This document shows, one piece after another, positions 25,701 through 40,700 of a stretch of 64,000 bases of DNA. The notes below the pieces were generated by a model. That model was not told the origin of the DNA, ran no database searches, and worked only from the letters and a program-made list of their open reading frames with translations. The stretch is taken from positions 10,663,099 through 10,727,098 of the forward strand of contig CM082581.2 in NCBI GenBank assembly GCA_040954595.2, in the 5' to 3' direction. Each line of letters starts with the position of its first letter. Positions within the stretch are counted from its first letter, which is position 1. The DNA comes from Balanoglossus misakiensis. Taxonomy: Eukaryota > Animalia > Hemichordata. A program made the translations under genes and the position numbers.

Positions 25701-28699
25701 CAACTGGGACTACATGAGGTAAGTGCTAAGTATGTTTCATGGCCGAGTGAAGACCGGTGGATGCTATGGGGACTTCAAGCAGTATTTATAAAGTCACATT
25801 CTCCTTATGTTGACATTGTGAATTTGTGTTGATTTGAAAACCTTTTTTCAATAAAACAATAAAACTAAATCTTAACTCGCGCCCGTGTCGCTTTATTTCA
25901 ACCAATGCTAAGAAACATGGTCAAAAGTCGGTCCTTGATTTGAAAACAATCAGTTGTCTCACTGACCCTCATGAGTTGCATTTGCAAAGATAGGTCAAAA
26001 GCACAGTTTAGTCCGATTTGATTGATACTTATAAAATAGACTCTGATCGCCAAAACAAATTATGTAAATTGATAAATAAACATAATAAATGTGCATCCCT
26101 TGTCCACCAAACCACCTTAAAAATGAAAGAAACGAAACTGTTAACATCTTCATCAAATTTGCATTACCTCGTAACATCTTCACGGCAACTCGAAGCTTCT
26201 TCCGGGCTGAATGGTGACTCCCTCCGTTCAACTCCGCCTTCATGACCTTTCCAAATGCCCCTTGTCCTATGACCTCGGCCAATTCCAGTAGGGTGAAGTC
26301 AACTTCGTACTGGTCGGTCTCCACGTTATTCATTGTGTCGCTGCTCGAGAATACGGAACCTCTGCGGTTAGACGACAGCAAATGTTTGGTGTCGGCGTTG
26401 CACTGGTTCGTCAAATCTCTTGGTGACACCGGCGGTGTTTCAAGGTCAATCAAGTTATCCGTGTTTGGCTGTATCAATTAGAGGACATTAACATCATCAG
26501 CACATACATTTCGTTACAAGGGGGAGAACCATTTGATTTTGTGGGGGCGGATTGGCGTCTGTTTCTCTCTGCACCATCTGCCATCAACTCCCCTAAGAAA
26601 TCAACCGGTTCTCTCCTAAGTATACTTTAGAAAGAGACCAAAACGGAACTATCGAGATTATGACATGGAAATAAAATTCTGGTAACATAGGCCTAACCAG
26701 ACATTTTTTTATATACCGAGATATGCTTAAGATTTGTTTAGAGTATTGCAAGTCACTTGTTAAAATTGTTCCAGTTATTGATTTGACGTCCATAAAGTTC
26801 TTGAAATGACGTCAGAAGAGAAAATTGCTTTGGGTTTAAAAAGAGAGAAAACACAAAGGCTATTTAATATTCGAAACCCCGAATGATAGCGTGACATTTA
26901 AGATTCGTCTCCAACAAACGTACACTGAGTTTTGCGAGGAGTCTTCATTAGACGTACTCAGGATGCAGGCCTTTTCGTGTATTCAACGGGGGGAACATGT
27001 CTCTCCATTATTGATTTCCATTTAGCAAAGAAGACCCTTCTTGTGAAAACAAGTTAAAACGTCCGCGGAGAGCTTTTAACGAGTACGTATGGAGATGTGA
27101 CTGAGGTGATCGCTTTGTGCTACGCCACTCCGCATAAGAACGCGAACGAGAACGGCTGAAGGGGGGAGTAGATTGAAAGTACATTAGTGAGAAGGGTACT
27201 ACTAGGGCGGGAAGGAGGAGAGCGTGCGACAAGCACTATCTACGTGACGCATCTTGCTTGTGTATATAGTCACGTGAGACGCAGCGCGAATTGAACAAGT
27301 TAGACGCCCACCTCCGCTTCTTCGTTATCCGAATACTGGCGAACTTTACTCTTCATCATGGCGACGTATGCGAATCCCAAGATAATGCAGACAATCACAG
27401 GGGCTGACACAAAAGCTGCAATCATGTTCTTTAATGAGTTCTTCTTTCCATTTACCGGCACTGAAAAACATTTGATGTAAATTTAATCAAATGTAATTTG
27501 TCTACTTACCTGCTAACATAAGCCGTGTAATGAGTGAAAACAAACAGTGTTCCCTGACAGTTTATTCCGACAGAGGAAGAATTGTAAGGGAATCTTCTGA
27601 GTGTTTGTTACTGAATTCGATGAACATATGCCCACAGCACTCCCGGATATTACACAGGGGGAAAAGATAGTGGTACATGTATATTCAGAGTGAGGGTAGT
27701 TCATTGCTAGTATTCTGCCCTTTGGCTAAACCCATCAAAGCCAAACAGTTTTAAACAACAGTTCACGCAAAGGAGTCTTTTCAGATAAGATAAGACAGAG
27801 ATACTCGAGTGCAAGCCGTGACGAGACTTTTAAGTTTGTAGAATACTCACCCTCTGTAACAAGGTCTTCAAATATAACAGATACATTGGTTGGGTCCATG
27901 TTTGCTGGATTATTTGTCTTGACATCATCCAAGCCTGAAAAGTGGAATATATACATCGTAACAGAGTCATGTTTTGTTTAAATATAAAAATCACACATTC
28001 GATTTTTCTCCATAGACGCAACATAGAGATACATGTAGGCGGACATGCACGGTGACCCAATTTTTTTATTCAGACTCAATTTTAAGAGAGATTGATCTAA
28101 AGTGGCTTTGAGCAAAATATGAGAAAAAAGGTTTAAGACTTTGATTTTCGAGGCGCTTCCTACTCTACTTTGACATTTACATGCATAACACAGGTCTATC
28201 CTACAACGCCCGATTTGATTGCGAGTAGACTAGGAAACCAGGACGTATTCCATTTGGCGGAGAAAAGTTCCATAGTGAGATAACAAACTCCAGCATTTGG
28301 GACACGTTGTCAAATTAAACAGCCGATGGCTTTTCCATATAGAATTTTGCGACGACTAAACTATTATCTTAAACAATGAAGCTTTTTCCACCTACCAAAC
28401 GTGTGTATTCGTCCAATTGCCGGGCGACTCTCCCCTCCCCTGGAGACTGCACGAACGCTGACGTCATAACGTGAATTCACATTGAGTCTCAATACGGCGG
28501 CATTGTATTTCTGTTGACAGAGAATGATATACATGTATTTGTATTCATTGACGGGGGTAAGTATGCTAGAGTAGTAGTCTTCACAATGAATTGGAATGCG
28601 AGTGGTCTGTTCTTTCACCACGTATATACTAGATAAATACATGTGCGTACATACACACACACATACATACATACATACATACATACATACATACATACA

Positions 28700-28731
<32 letters not shown>

Positions 28732-31700
28732 GACTTTTGGACGAACATTGTCAAAAACGCCAAATTCTCGACTTTGCCAAAAAAATTGTCACTTTTGGAG
28801 GTTTTTCATGAGTTATAGCTCATGAAAATCATCCAAAATTGACAATTTTTCGATTTTCCGAAATATCAAAATTTCTTCATTTTTTCAAAAAATCATGGGT
28901 TATAGCTCATGAAAATCGTCAAAAAATGACAATTTTTCGACTTTCCGGAATTTCAAAATTTGGCCGATTTTTGAAAAAATCATGGGTTATAGCTCATGAA
29001 AATCGTCAAAAAATGAAAATTTTTCGACTTCGCGGAATTTCAAAATTTGGCCGATTTTTGAAAAAATCATGGGTTATAGCTCATGAAAATCGTCAAAAAA
29101 TGACAATTTTTCGACTTCGCGGAATTTCAAAATTTGGCCGATTTTTGAAAAAATCATGGGTTATAGCTCATGAAAATCATCCAAAATTGACAATTTTTCG
29201 ACTTTCCGAAATATCAAAATTTCTTCATTTTTTCAAAAAATCATGGGTTATAGCTCATGAAAATCGTCAAAAAATGACAATTTTTCGACTTTGCGGAATT
29301 TCAAAATTTGGCCGATTTTTGAAAAAATCATGGGTTATAGCTCATGAAAATCGTCAAAAAATGACAATTTTTCGACTTCGCGGAATTTCAAAATTTGGCC
29401 GATTTTTGGAAAAATCATGGGTTATAGCTCATGAAAATCGTCAAAAAATGACAATTTTTCGACTTTGCGGAATTTCAAAATTTGGCCGATTTTTGAAAAA
29501 ATCATGGGTTATAGCTCATGAAAATCATCCAAAATTGACAATTTTTCGACTTTCCGAAATATCAAAATTTCTTCATTTTTTCAAAAAATCATGGGTTATA
29601 GCTCATGAAAATCATCCAAAATTGACAATTTTTCGACTTTCCGGAATTTCAAAATTTGGCCGATTTTTGAAAAAATCATGGGTTATAGCTCATGAAAATC
29701 GTCAAAAAATGACAATTTTTCGACTTTCCGAAATATCAAAATTTCTTCATTTTTTCGAAAAAATCATGGGTTATAGCTCATGAAAATCTTCCAAAAATGA
29801 CAATTTTTCGACTTTGCGGAATTTCAAAATTTGGCCGATTTTTTAAAAAATCATGGGTTATAGCTCATGAAAATCGTCAAAAAATGACAATTTTTCGACT
29901 TCGCGGAATTTCAAAATTTGGCCGATTTTTGAAAAAATCATGGGTTATAGCTCATGAAAATCATCCAAAATTGACAATTTTTCGATTTTCCGAAATATCA
30001 AAATTTCTTCATTTTTTCAAAAAAATCATGGGTTATAGCTCATGAAAATCGTCAAAAAATGACAATTTTTCGACTTTCCGGAATTTCAAAATTTGGCCGA
30101 TTTTTGAAAAAATCATGGGTTATAGCTCATGAAAATCGTCAAAAAATGACAATTTTTCGACTTTGAGGAATTTCAAAATTTGGCCGATTTTTGAAAAAAT
30201 CATGGGTTATAGCCCATGAAAATCGTCAAAAAATGACAATTTTTCGACTTTGCGGAATTTCAAAATTTGGCCGATTTTTGAAAAAATCATGGGTTATAGC
30301 TCATGAAAATCGTCAAAAAATGACAATTTTTCGACTTTGCGGAATTTCAAAATTTGGCCGATTTTTGAAAACATCATGGGTTATAGCTCATGAAAATCAT
30401 CCAAAATTGACAATTTTTCGACTTTCCGAAATATCAAAATTTCTTCATTTTTTCAAAAAATCATGGGTTATAGCTCATGAAAATCATCCAAAAATGACAA
30501 TTTTTCGACTTTGCGGAATTTCAAAATTTGGCCGATTTTTGAAAAAATCATGGGTTATAGCTCATGAAAATCGTCAAAAAATGACAATTTTTCGACTTCG
30601 CGGAATTTCAAAATTTGGCCGATTTTTGAAAAAATCATGGGTTATAGCTCATGAAAATCATCCAAAATTGACAATTTTTCGATTTTCCGAAATATCAAAA
30701 TTTCTTCATTTTTTCAAAAAAATCATGGGTTATAGCTCATGAAAATCGTCAAAAAATGACAATTTTTCGACTTTCCGGAATTTCAAAATTTGGCCGATTT
30801 TTGAAAAAATCATGGGTTATAGCTCATGAAAATCGTCAAAAAATGACAATTTTTCGACTTTGAGGAATTTCAAAATTTGGCCGATTTTTGAAAAAATCAT
30901 GGGTTATAGCTCATGAAAATCATCCAAAATTGAAAATTTTTCGACTTTCCGAAATATCAAAATTTCTTCATTTTTTCGAAAAAATCTTGGGTTATAGCTC
31001 ATGAAAATCATCCAAAATTGACAATTTTTCGACTTTGCGGAATTTCAAAATTTGGCCGATTTTTGAAAAAATCATGGGTTATAGCTCATGAAAATCGTCA
31101 AAAAATGACAATTTTTCGACTTTGCGGAATTTCAAAATTTGGCCGATTTTTGAAAAAATCATGGGTTATAGCTCATGAAAATCATCCAAAATTGACAATT
31201 TTTCGATTTTCCGAAATATCAAAATTTCTTCATTTTTTCAAAAAATCATGGGTTATAGCTCAAGAAAATCGTCAAAAAATGACAATTTTTCGACTTCGCG
31301 GAATTTCAAAATTTGGCCGATTTTTGAAAAAATCATGGGTTATAGCTCATGAAAATCATCCAAAATTGACAATTTTTCGATTTTCCGAAATATCAAAATT
31401 TCTTCATTTTTTCAAAAAATCATGGGTTATAGCTCATGAAAACCGTCAAAAAATGACAATTTTTCGACTTTCCGGAATTTCAAAATTTGGCCGATTTTTG
31501 AAAAAATCATGGGTTATAGCTCATGAAAATCGTCAAAAAATGACAATTTTTCGACTTCGCGGAATTTCAAAATTTGGCCGATTTTTGAAAAAATCATGGG
31601 TTATAGCTCATGAAAATCGTCAAAAAATGACAATTTTTCGATTTCGCGGAATTTCAAAATTTGGCAGATTTTTGAAAAAATCATGGGTTATAGCTCATGA

Positions 31701-34700
31701 AAATCATCCAAAATTGACAATTTTTCGATTTTCCGAAATATCAAAATTTCTTCATTTTTTCAAAAAATCATGGGTTATAGCTCATGAAAATCGTCAAAAA
31801 ATGACAATTTTTCGACTTTCCGGAATTTCAAAATTTGGCCGATTTTTGGAAAAATCATGGGTTATAGCTCATGAAAATCGTCAAAAAATGACAATTTTTC
31901 GACTTTGCGGAATTTCAAAATTTGGCCGATTTTTGAAAAAATCATGGGTTATAGCTCATGAAAATCATCCAAAATTGACAATTTTTCGACTTTCCGAAAT
32001 ATCAAAATTTCTTCATTTTTTCAAAAAATCATGGGTTATAGCTCATGAAAATCATCCAAAATTGACAATTTTTCGACTTTCCGGAATTTCAAAATTTGGC
32101 CGATTTTTGAAAAAATCATGGGTTATAGCTCATGAAAATCGTCAAAAAATGACAATTTTTCGACTTTGCGGAATTTCAAAATTTGGCCGATTTTTGAAAA
32201 AATCATGGGTTATAGCTCATGAAAATCGTCAAAAAATGACAATTTTTCGACTTTGCGGAATTTCAAAATTTGGCCGATTTTTGAAAAAATCATGGGTTAT
32301 AGCTCATGAAAAACGTCAAAAAATGACAATTTTTCGACTTTGCGGAATTTCAAAATTTGGCCGATTTTTGAAAAAATCATGGGTTATAGCTCATGAAAAT
32401 CGTCAAAAAATGACAATTTTTCGACTTTGCGGAATTTCAAAATTTGGCCGATTTTTGAAAAAATCATGGGTTATAGCTCATGAAAATCGTCAAAAAATGA
32501 AAATTTTTCGACTTTGCGGAATTTCAAAATTTGGCCGATTTTTGAAAAAATCATGGGTTATAGCTCATGAAAAACGTCAAAAAATGACAATTTTTCGACT
32601 TTGCGGAATTTAAAAATTTGGCCGATTTTTGAAAAAATCATGGGTTATAGCTCATGAAAATCGTCAAAAAATGACAATTTTTCGATTTCGCGGAATTTCA
32701 AAATTTGGCAGATTTTTGAAAAAATCATGGGTTATAGCTCATGAAAATCATCCAAAATTGACAATTTTTCGATTTTCCGAAATATCAAAATTTCTTCATT
32801 TTTTCAAAAAAATCATGGGTTATAGCTCATGAAAATCGTCAAAAAATGACAATTTTTCGACTTTCCGGAATTTCAAAATTTGGCCGATTTTTGAAAAAAT
32901 CATGGGTTATAGCTCATGAAAATCGTCAAAAAATGACAATTTTTCGACTTTGAGGAATTTCAAAATTTGGCCGATTTTTGAAAAAATCATGGGTTATAGC
33001 TCATGAAAATCACCCAAAATTGAAAATTTTTCGACTTTCCGAAATATCAAAATTTCTTCATTTTTTCGAAAAAATCTTGGGTTATAGCTCATGAAAATCA
33101 TCCAAAATTGACAATTTTTCGACTTTGCGGAATTTCAAAATTTGGCCGATTTTTGAAAAAATCATGGGTTATAGCTCATGAAAATCGTCAAAAAATGACA
33201 ATTTTTCGACTTTGCGGAATTTAAAAATTTGGCCGATTTTTGAAAAAATCATGGGTTATAGCTCATGAAAATCGTCAAAAAATGACAATTTTTCGACTTT
33301 GCGGAATTTAAAAATTTGGCCGATTTTTGAAAAAATCATGGGTTATAGCTCATGAAAATCGTCAAAAAATGACAATTTTTCGATTTCGCGGAATTTCAAA
33401 ATTTGGCCGATTTTTGAAAAAATCATGGGTTATAGCTCATGAAAATCGTCAAAAAATGACAATTTTTCGACTTTGCGGAATTTCAAAATTTAGCCGATTT
33501 TTGAAAAAATCATGGGTTATAGCTCATGAAAATCGTCAAAAAATGACAATTTTTCGACTTTGCGGAATTTCAAAATTTGGCCGATTTTTGAAAAAATCAT
33601 GGGTTATAGCTCATGAAAATCGTCAAAAAATGACAATTTTTCGACTTTGCGGAATTTCAAAATTTGGCCGATTTTTGAAAAAATCATGGGTTATAGCTCA
33701 TGAAAATCGTCAAAAAATGACAATTTTTCGATTTCGCGGAATTTCAAAATTTGGCCGATTTTTGAAAAAATCATGGGTTATAGCTCATGAAAATCATCCA
33801 AAATTGACAATTTTTCGACTTTCCGAAATATCAAAATTTCTTCATTTTTTCAAAAAATCATGGGTTATAGCTCATGAAAATCATCCAAAATTGACAATTT
33901 TTCGACTTTCCGGAATTTCAAAATTTGGCCGATTTTTGAAAAAATCATGGGTTATAGCTCATGAAAATCGTCAAAAAATGACAATTTTTCGACTTTGCGG
34001 AATTTCAAAATTTGGCCGATTTTTGAAAAAATCATGGGTTATAGCTCATGAAAATCGTCAAAAAATGACAATTTTTCGACTTTGCGGAATTTCAAAATTT
34101 GGCCGATTTTTGAAAAAATCATGGGTTATAGCTCATGAAAATCGTCAAAAAATGACAATTTTTCGACTTTGCGGAATTTCAAAATTTGGCCGATTTTTGA
34201 AAAAATCATGGGTTATAGCTCATGAAAAACGTCAAAAAATGACAATTTTTCGACTTTGCGGAATTTCAAAATTTGGCCGATTTTTGAAAAAATCATGGGT
34301 TATAGCTCATGAAAATCGTCAAAAAATGACAATTTTTCGACTTTGCGGAATTTAAAAATTTGGCCGATTTTTGAAAAAATCATGGGTTATATCTCATGAA
34401 AATCGTCAAAAAATGACAATTTTTCGATTTCGCGGAATTTCAAAATTTGGCAGATTTTTGAAAAAATCATGGGTTATAGCTCATGAAAATCATCCAAAAT
34501 TGACAATTTTTCGATTTTCCGAAATATCAAAATTTCTTCATTTTTTCAAAAAATCATGGGTTATAGCTCATGAAAATCGTCAAAAAATGACAATTTTTCG
34601 ACTTTCCGGAATTTCAAAATTTGGCCGATTTTTGGAAAAATCATGGGTTATAGCTCATGAAAATCGCCAAAAAATGACAATTTTTCGACTTTGCGGAATT

Positions 34701-37700
34701 TCAAAATTTGGCCGATTTTTGAAAAAATCATGGGTTATAGCTCATGAAAATCATCCAAAATTGACAATTTTTCGACTTTTTCGGAATTTCAAAATTTGGC
34801 CGATTTTTGAAAAAATCATGGGTTATAGCTCATGAAAATCGTCAAAAAATGACAATTTTTCGACTTTGCGGAATTTCAAAATTTGGCCGATTTTTGAAAA
34901 AATCATGGGTTATAGCTCATGAAAATCGTCAAAAAATGACAATTTTTCGACTTTGCGGAATTTCAAAATTTGGCCGATTTTTGAAAAAATCATGGGTTAT
35001 AGCTCATGAAAATCGTCAAAAAATGACAATTTTTCGATTTCGCGGAATTTCAAAATTTGGCCGATTTTTGAAAAAATCATGGGTTATAGCTCATGAAAAT
35101 CATCCAAAATTGACAATTTTTCGATTTTCCGAAATATCAAAATTTCTTCATTTTTTCAAAAAATCATGGGTTATAGCTCATGAAAATCGTCAAAAAATGA
35201 CAATTTTTCGACTTTCCGGAATTTCAAAATTTGGCTGATTTTTAAAAAAATCATGGGTTATAGCTCATGAAAATCATCCAAAATTGACAATTTTTCGACT
35301 TTCCGAAATATGAAAATTTCTTCATTTTTTCAAAAAATCATGGGTTATAGCTCATGAAAATCATCCAAAATTGACAATTTTTCGACTTTCCTAAATATCA
35401 AAATTTCTTCATTTTTTCGAAAAAATCATGGGTTATAGCTCATGAAAATCATCCAAAATTGACAATTTTTCGACTTTGCGGAATTTCAAAATTTGGCCGA
35501 TTTTTGAAAAAATCATGGGTTATAGCTCATGAAAATCGTCAAAAAATGACAATTTTTCGACTTTGCGGAATTTCAAAATTTGGCCGATTTTTGAAATAAT
35601 CATGGGTTATAGCTCATGAAAATCGTCAAAAAATGACAATTTTTCGACTTTGCGGAATTTCAAAATTTGGCCGATTTTTGAAAAAATCATGGGTTATAGC
35701 TCATGAAAATCGTCAAAAAATGACAATTTTTCGACTTTGCGGAATTTCAAAATTTAGCCGATTTTTGAAAAAATCATGGGTTATAGCTCATGAAAATCGT
35801 CAAAAAATGACAATTTTTCGACTTTGCGGAATTTCAAAATTTGGCCGATTTTTGAAAAAATCATGGGTTATAGCTCATGAAAATCGTCAAAAAATGACAA
35901 TTTTTCGACTTTGCGGAATTTAAAAATTTGGCCGATTTTTGAAAAAATCATGGGTTATAGCTCATGAAAATCGTCAAAAAATGACAATTTTTCGATTTCG
36001 CGGAATTTCAAAATTTGGCAGATTTTTGAAAAAATCATGGGTTATAGCTCATGAAAATCATCCAAAATTGACAATTTTTCGATTTTCCGAAATATCAAAA
36101 TTTCTTCATTTTTTCAAAAAATCATGGGTTATAGCTCATGAAAATCGTCAAAAAATGACAATTTTTCGACTTTCCGGAATTTCAAAATTTGGCCGATTTT
36201 TGGAAAAATCATGGGTTATAGCTCATGAAAATCGTCAAAAAATGACAATTTTTCGACTTTGCGGAATTTCAAAATTTGGCCTATTTTTGAAAAAATCATG
36301 GGTTATAGCTCATGAAAATCATCCAAAATTGACAATTTTTCGACTTTCCGAAATATCAAAATTTCTTCATTTTTTCAAAAAATCATGTGTTATAGCTCAT
36401 GGAAATCATCCAAAATTGACAATTTTTCGACTTTTTCGGAATTTCAAAATTTGGCCGATTTTTGAAAAAATCATGGGTTATAGCTCATGAAAATCGTCAA
36501 AAAATGACAATTTTTCGACTTTGCGGAATTTCAAAATTTGGCCGATTTTTGAAAAAATCATGGGTTATAGCTCATGAAAATCGTCAAAAAATGACAATTT
36601 TTCGACTTTGCGGAATTTCAAAATTTGGCCGATTTTTGAAAAAATCATGGGTTATAGCTCATGAAAATCGTCAAAAAATGACAATTTTTCGATTTCGCGG
36701 AATTTCAAAATTTGGCCGATTTTTGAAAAAATCATGGGTTATAGCTCATGAAAATCATCCAAAATTGACAATTTTTCGATTTTCCGAAATATCAAAATTT
36801 CTTCATTTTTTCAAAAAATCATGGGTTATAGCTCATGAAAATCGTCAAAAAATGACAATTTTTCGACTTTCCGGAATTTCAAAATTTGGCTGATTTTTAA
36901 AAAAATCATGGGTTATAGCTCATGAAAATCATCCAAAATTGACAATTTTTCGACTTTCCGAAATATGAAAATTTCTTCATTTTTTCAAAAAATCATGGGT
37001 TATAGCTCATGAAAATCATCCAAAATTGACAATTTTTCGACTTTGCGGAATTTCAAAATTTGGCCGATTTTTGAAAAAATCATGGGTTATAGCTCATGAA
37101 AATCGTCAAAAAATGACAATTTTTCGACTTTCCGGAATTTCAAAATTTGGCCGATTTTTGAAAAAATCATGGGTTATAGCCCATGAAAATCGTCAAAAAA
37201 TGACAATTTTTCGACTTTGCGGAATTTCAAAATTTGGCCGATTTTTGAAAAAATCATGGGTTATAGCTCATGAAAATCGTCAAAAAATGACAATTTTTCG
37301 ACTTCGCGGAATTTCAAAATTTGGCCGATTTTTGAAAAAATCATGGGTTATAGCTCATGAAAATCATCCAAAATTGACAATTTTTCGATTTTCCGAAATA
37401 TCAAAATTTCTTCATTTTTTCAAAAAATCATGGGTTATAGCTCATGAAAATCGTCAAAAAATGACAATTTTTCGACTTTCCGGAATTTCAAAATTTGGCC
37501 GATTTTTGAAAAAATCATGGGTTATAGCTCATGAAAATCGTCAAAAAATGACAATTTTTCGACTTTGCGGAATTTCAAAATTTGGCCGATTTTTGAAAAA
37601 ATCATGGGTTATAGCTCATGAAAATCGTCAAAAAATGACAATTTTTCGACTTTGCGGAATTTCAAAATTTGGCCGAATTTTGAAAAAATCATGGGTTATA

Positions 37701-40700
37701 GCTCATGAAAATCGTCAAAAAATGACAATTTTTCGATTTCGCGGAATTTCAAAATTTGGCCGATTTTTGAAAAAATCATGGGTTATAGCTCATGAAAATC
37801 ATCCAAAATTGACAATTTTTCGATTTTCCGAAATATCAAAATTTCTTCATTTTTTCAAAAAATCATGGGTTATAGCTCATGAAAATCGTCAAAAAATGAC
37901 AATTTTTCGACTTTCCGGAATTTCAAAATTTGGCCGATTTTTGAAAAAATCATGGTTTTGGCCCATGAAAATCGTCAAAAAATGACAATTTTTCGACTTT
38001 GCGGAATTTCAAAATTTGGCCGATTTTTGAAAAAATCATGGGTTATAGCTCATGAAAATCGTCAAAAAATGACAATTTTTCGACTTTGCGGAATTTCAAA
38101 ATTTGGCCGATTTTTGAAAAAATCATGGGTTATAGCTCATGAAAATCATCCAAAATTGACAATTTTTCGACTTTCCGAAATATCAAAATTTCTTCATTTT
38201 TTCAAAAAATCATGGGTTATAGCTCATGAAAATCGTCAAAAAATGACAATTTTTCGATTTCGCGGAATTTCAAAATTTGGCCGATTTTTGAAAAAATCAT
38301 GGGTTATAGCCCATGAAAATCGTCAAAAAATGACAATTTTTCGACTTTGCGGAATTTCAAAATTTGGCCGATTTTTGAAAAAATCATGGGTTATAGCTCA
38401 TGAAAATCATCCAAAATTGACAATTTTTCGATTTTCCGAAATATCAAAATTTCTTCATTTTTTCAAAAAATCATGGGTTATAGCTCATGAAAATCGTCAA
38501 AAAATGACAATTTTTCGACTTTCCGGAATTTCAAAATTTGGCCGATTTTTGAAAAAATCATGGGTTATAGCCCATGAAAATCGTCAAAAAATGACAATTT
38601 TTCGACTTTGCGGAATTTCAAAATTTGGCCGATTTTTGAAAAAATCATGGGTTATAGCTCATGAAAATCATCCAAAATTGACAATTTTTCTACTTCGCCG
38701 AATTTCAAAATTTGGCCGATTTTTGAAAAAATCATGGGTTATAGCTCATGAAAATCGTCAAAAAATGACAATTTTTCGATTTCGCGGAATTTCAAAAGTT
38801 GGCAGATTTTTGAAAAAATCATGGGTTATAGCTCATGAAAATCATCCAAAATTGACAATTTTTCGATTTTCCGAAATATCAAAATTTCTTCATTTTTTCA
38901 AAAAATCATGGGTTATAGCTCATGAAAATCGTCAAAAAATGACAATTTTTCGACTTTCCGGAATTTCAAAATTTGGCCGATTTTTGGAAAAATCATGGGT
39001 TATAGCTCATGAAAATCGTCAAAAAATGACAATTTTTCGACTTTGCGGAATTTCAAAATTTGGCCGATTTTTGAAAAAATCATGGGTTATAGCTCATGAA
39101 AATCATCCAAAATTGACAATTTTTCGACTTTCCGAAATATCAAAATTTCTTCATTTTTTCAAAAAATCATGGGTTATAGCTCATGAAAATCATCCAAAAT
39201 TGACAATTTTTCGACTTTGCGGAATTTCAAAATTTGGCCGATTTTTGAAAAAATCATGGGTTATAGCTCATGAAAATCGTCAAAAAATGACAATTTTTCG
39301 ACTTTGCGGAATTTCAAAATTTGGCCGATTTTTGAAAAAATCATGGGTTATAGCTCATGAAAATCGTCAAAAAATGACAATTTTTCGACTTTGCGGAATT
39401 TCAAAATTTGGCCGATTTTTGAAAAAATCATGGGTTATAGCTCATGAAAATCGTCAAAAAATGACAATTTTTCGATTTCGCGGAATTTCAAAATTTGGCC
39501 GATTTTTGAAAAAATCATGGGTTATAGCTCATGAAAATCATCCAAAATTGACAATTTTTCGATTTTCCGAAATATCAAAATTTCTTCATTTTTTCAAAAA
39601 ATCATGGGTTATAGCTCATGAAAATCGTCAAAAAATGACAATTTTTCGACTTTCCGGAATTTCAAAATTTGGCCGATTTTTGAAAAAATCATGGTTTTGG
39701 CCCATGAAAATCGTCAAAAAATGACAATTTTTCGACTTTGCGGAATTTCAAAATTTGGCCGATTTTTGAAAAAATCATGGGTTATAGCTCATGAAAATCG
39801 TCAAAAAATGACAATTTTTCGACTTTGCGGAATTTCAAAATTTGGCCGATTTTTGAAAAAATCATGGGTTATAGCTCATGAAAATCATCCAAAATTGACA
39901 ATTTTTCGACTTTCCGAAATATCAAAATTTCTTCATTTTTTCAAAAAATCATGGGTTATAGCTCATGAAAATCATCCAAAATTGACAATTTTTCTACTTC
40001 GCCGAATTTCAAAATTTGGCCGATTTTTGAAAAAATCATGGGTTATAGCTCATGAAAATCGTCAAAAAATGACAATTTTTCGATTTCGCGGAATTTCAAA
40101 ATTTGGCAGATTTTTGAAAAAATCATGGGTTATAGCTCATGAAAATCATCCAAAATTGACAATTTTTCGATTTTCCGAAATATCAAAATTTGGCCGATTT
40201 TTGAAAAAATCATGGGTTATAGCTCATGAAAATCGTCAAAAAATGACAATTTTTCGACTTTCCGGAATTTCAAAATTTGGCCGATTTTTGAAAAAATCAT
40301 GGGTTATAGCTCATGAAAATCGTCAAAAAATGACAATTTTTCGACTTTGCGGAATTTCAAAATTTAGCCGATTTTTGAAAAAATCATGGGTTATAGCTCA
40401 TGAAAATCGTCAAAAAATGACAATTTTTCGATTTCGCGGAATTTCAAAATTTGGCCGATTTTTGAAAAAATCATGGGTTATAGCCCATGAAAATCGTCAA
40501 AAAATGACAATTTTTCGACTTTGCGGAATTTCAAAATTTGGCCGATTTTTGAAAAAATCATGGGTTATAGCTCATGAAAATCGTCAAAAAATGACAATTT
40601 TTCGACTTTCCGGAATTTCAAAATTTGGCCGATTTTTGAAAAAATCATGGGTTATAGCTCATGAAAATCATCCAAAATTGACAATTTTTCGACTTTGCGG

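Noticed and set aside
27008-27232. Possible extra juxtamembrane exon ([14 protein letters not shown])
   Set aside because: The TM exon (phase 0) joins 26468 directly in frame, and candidate acceptors here give stops in the required phase.
28813-28830. Telomere-like GGGTTA in each monomer
   Set aside because: It is a single hexamer per 87 bp inside the palindromic core with no (TTAGGG)n run, so there is insufficient evidence for a telomeric origin.
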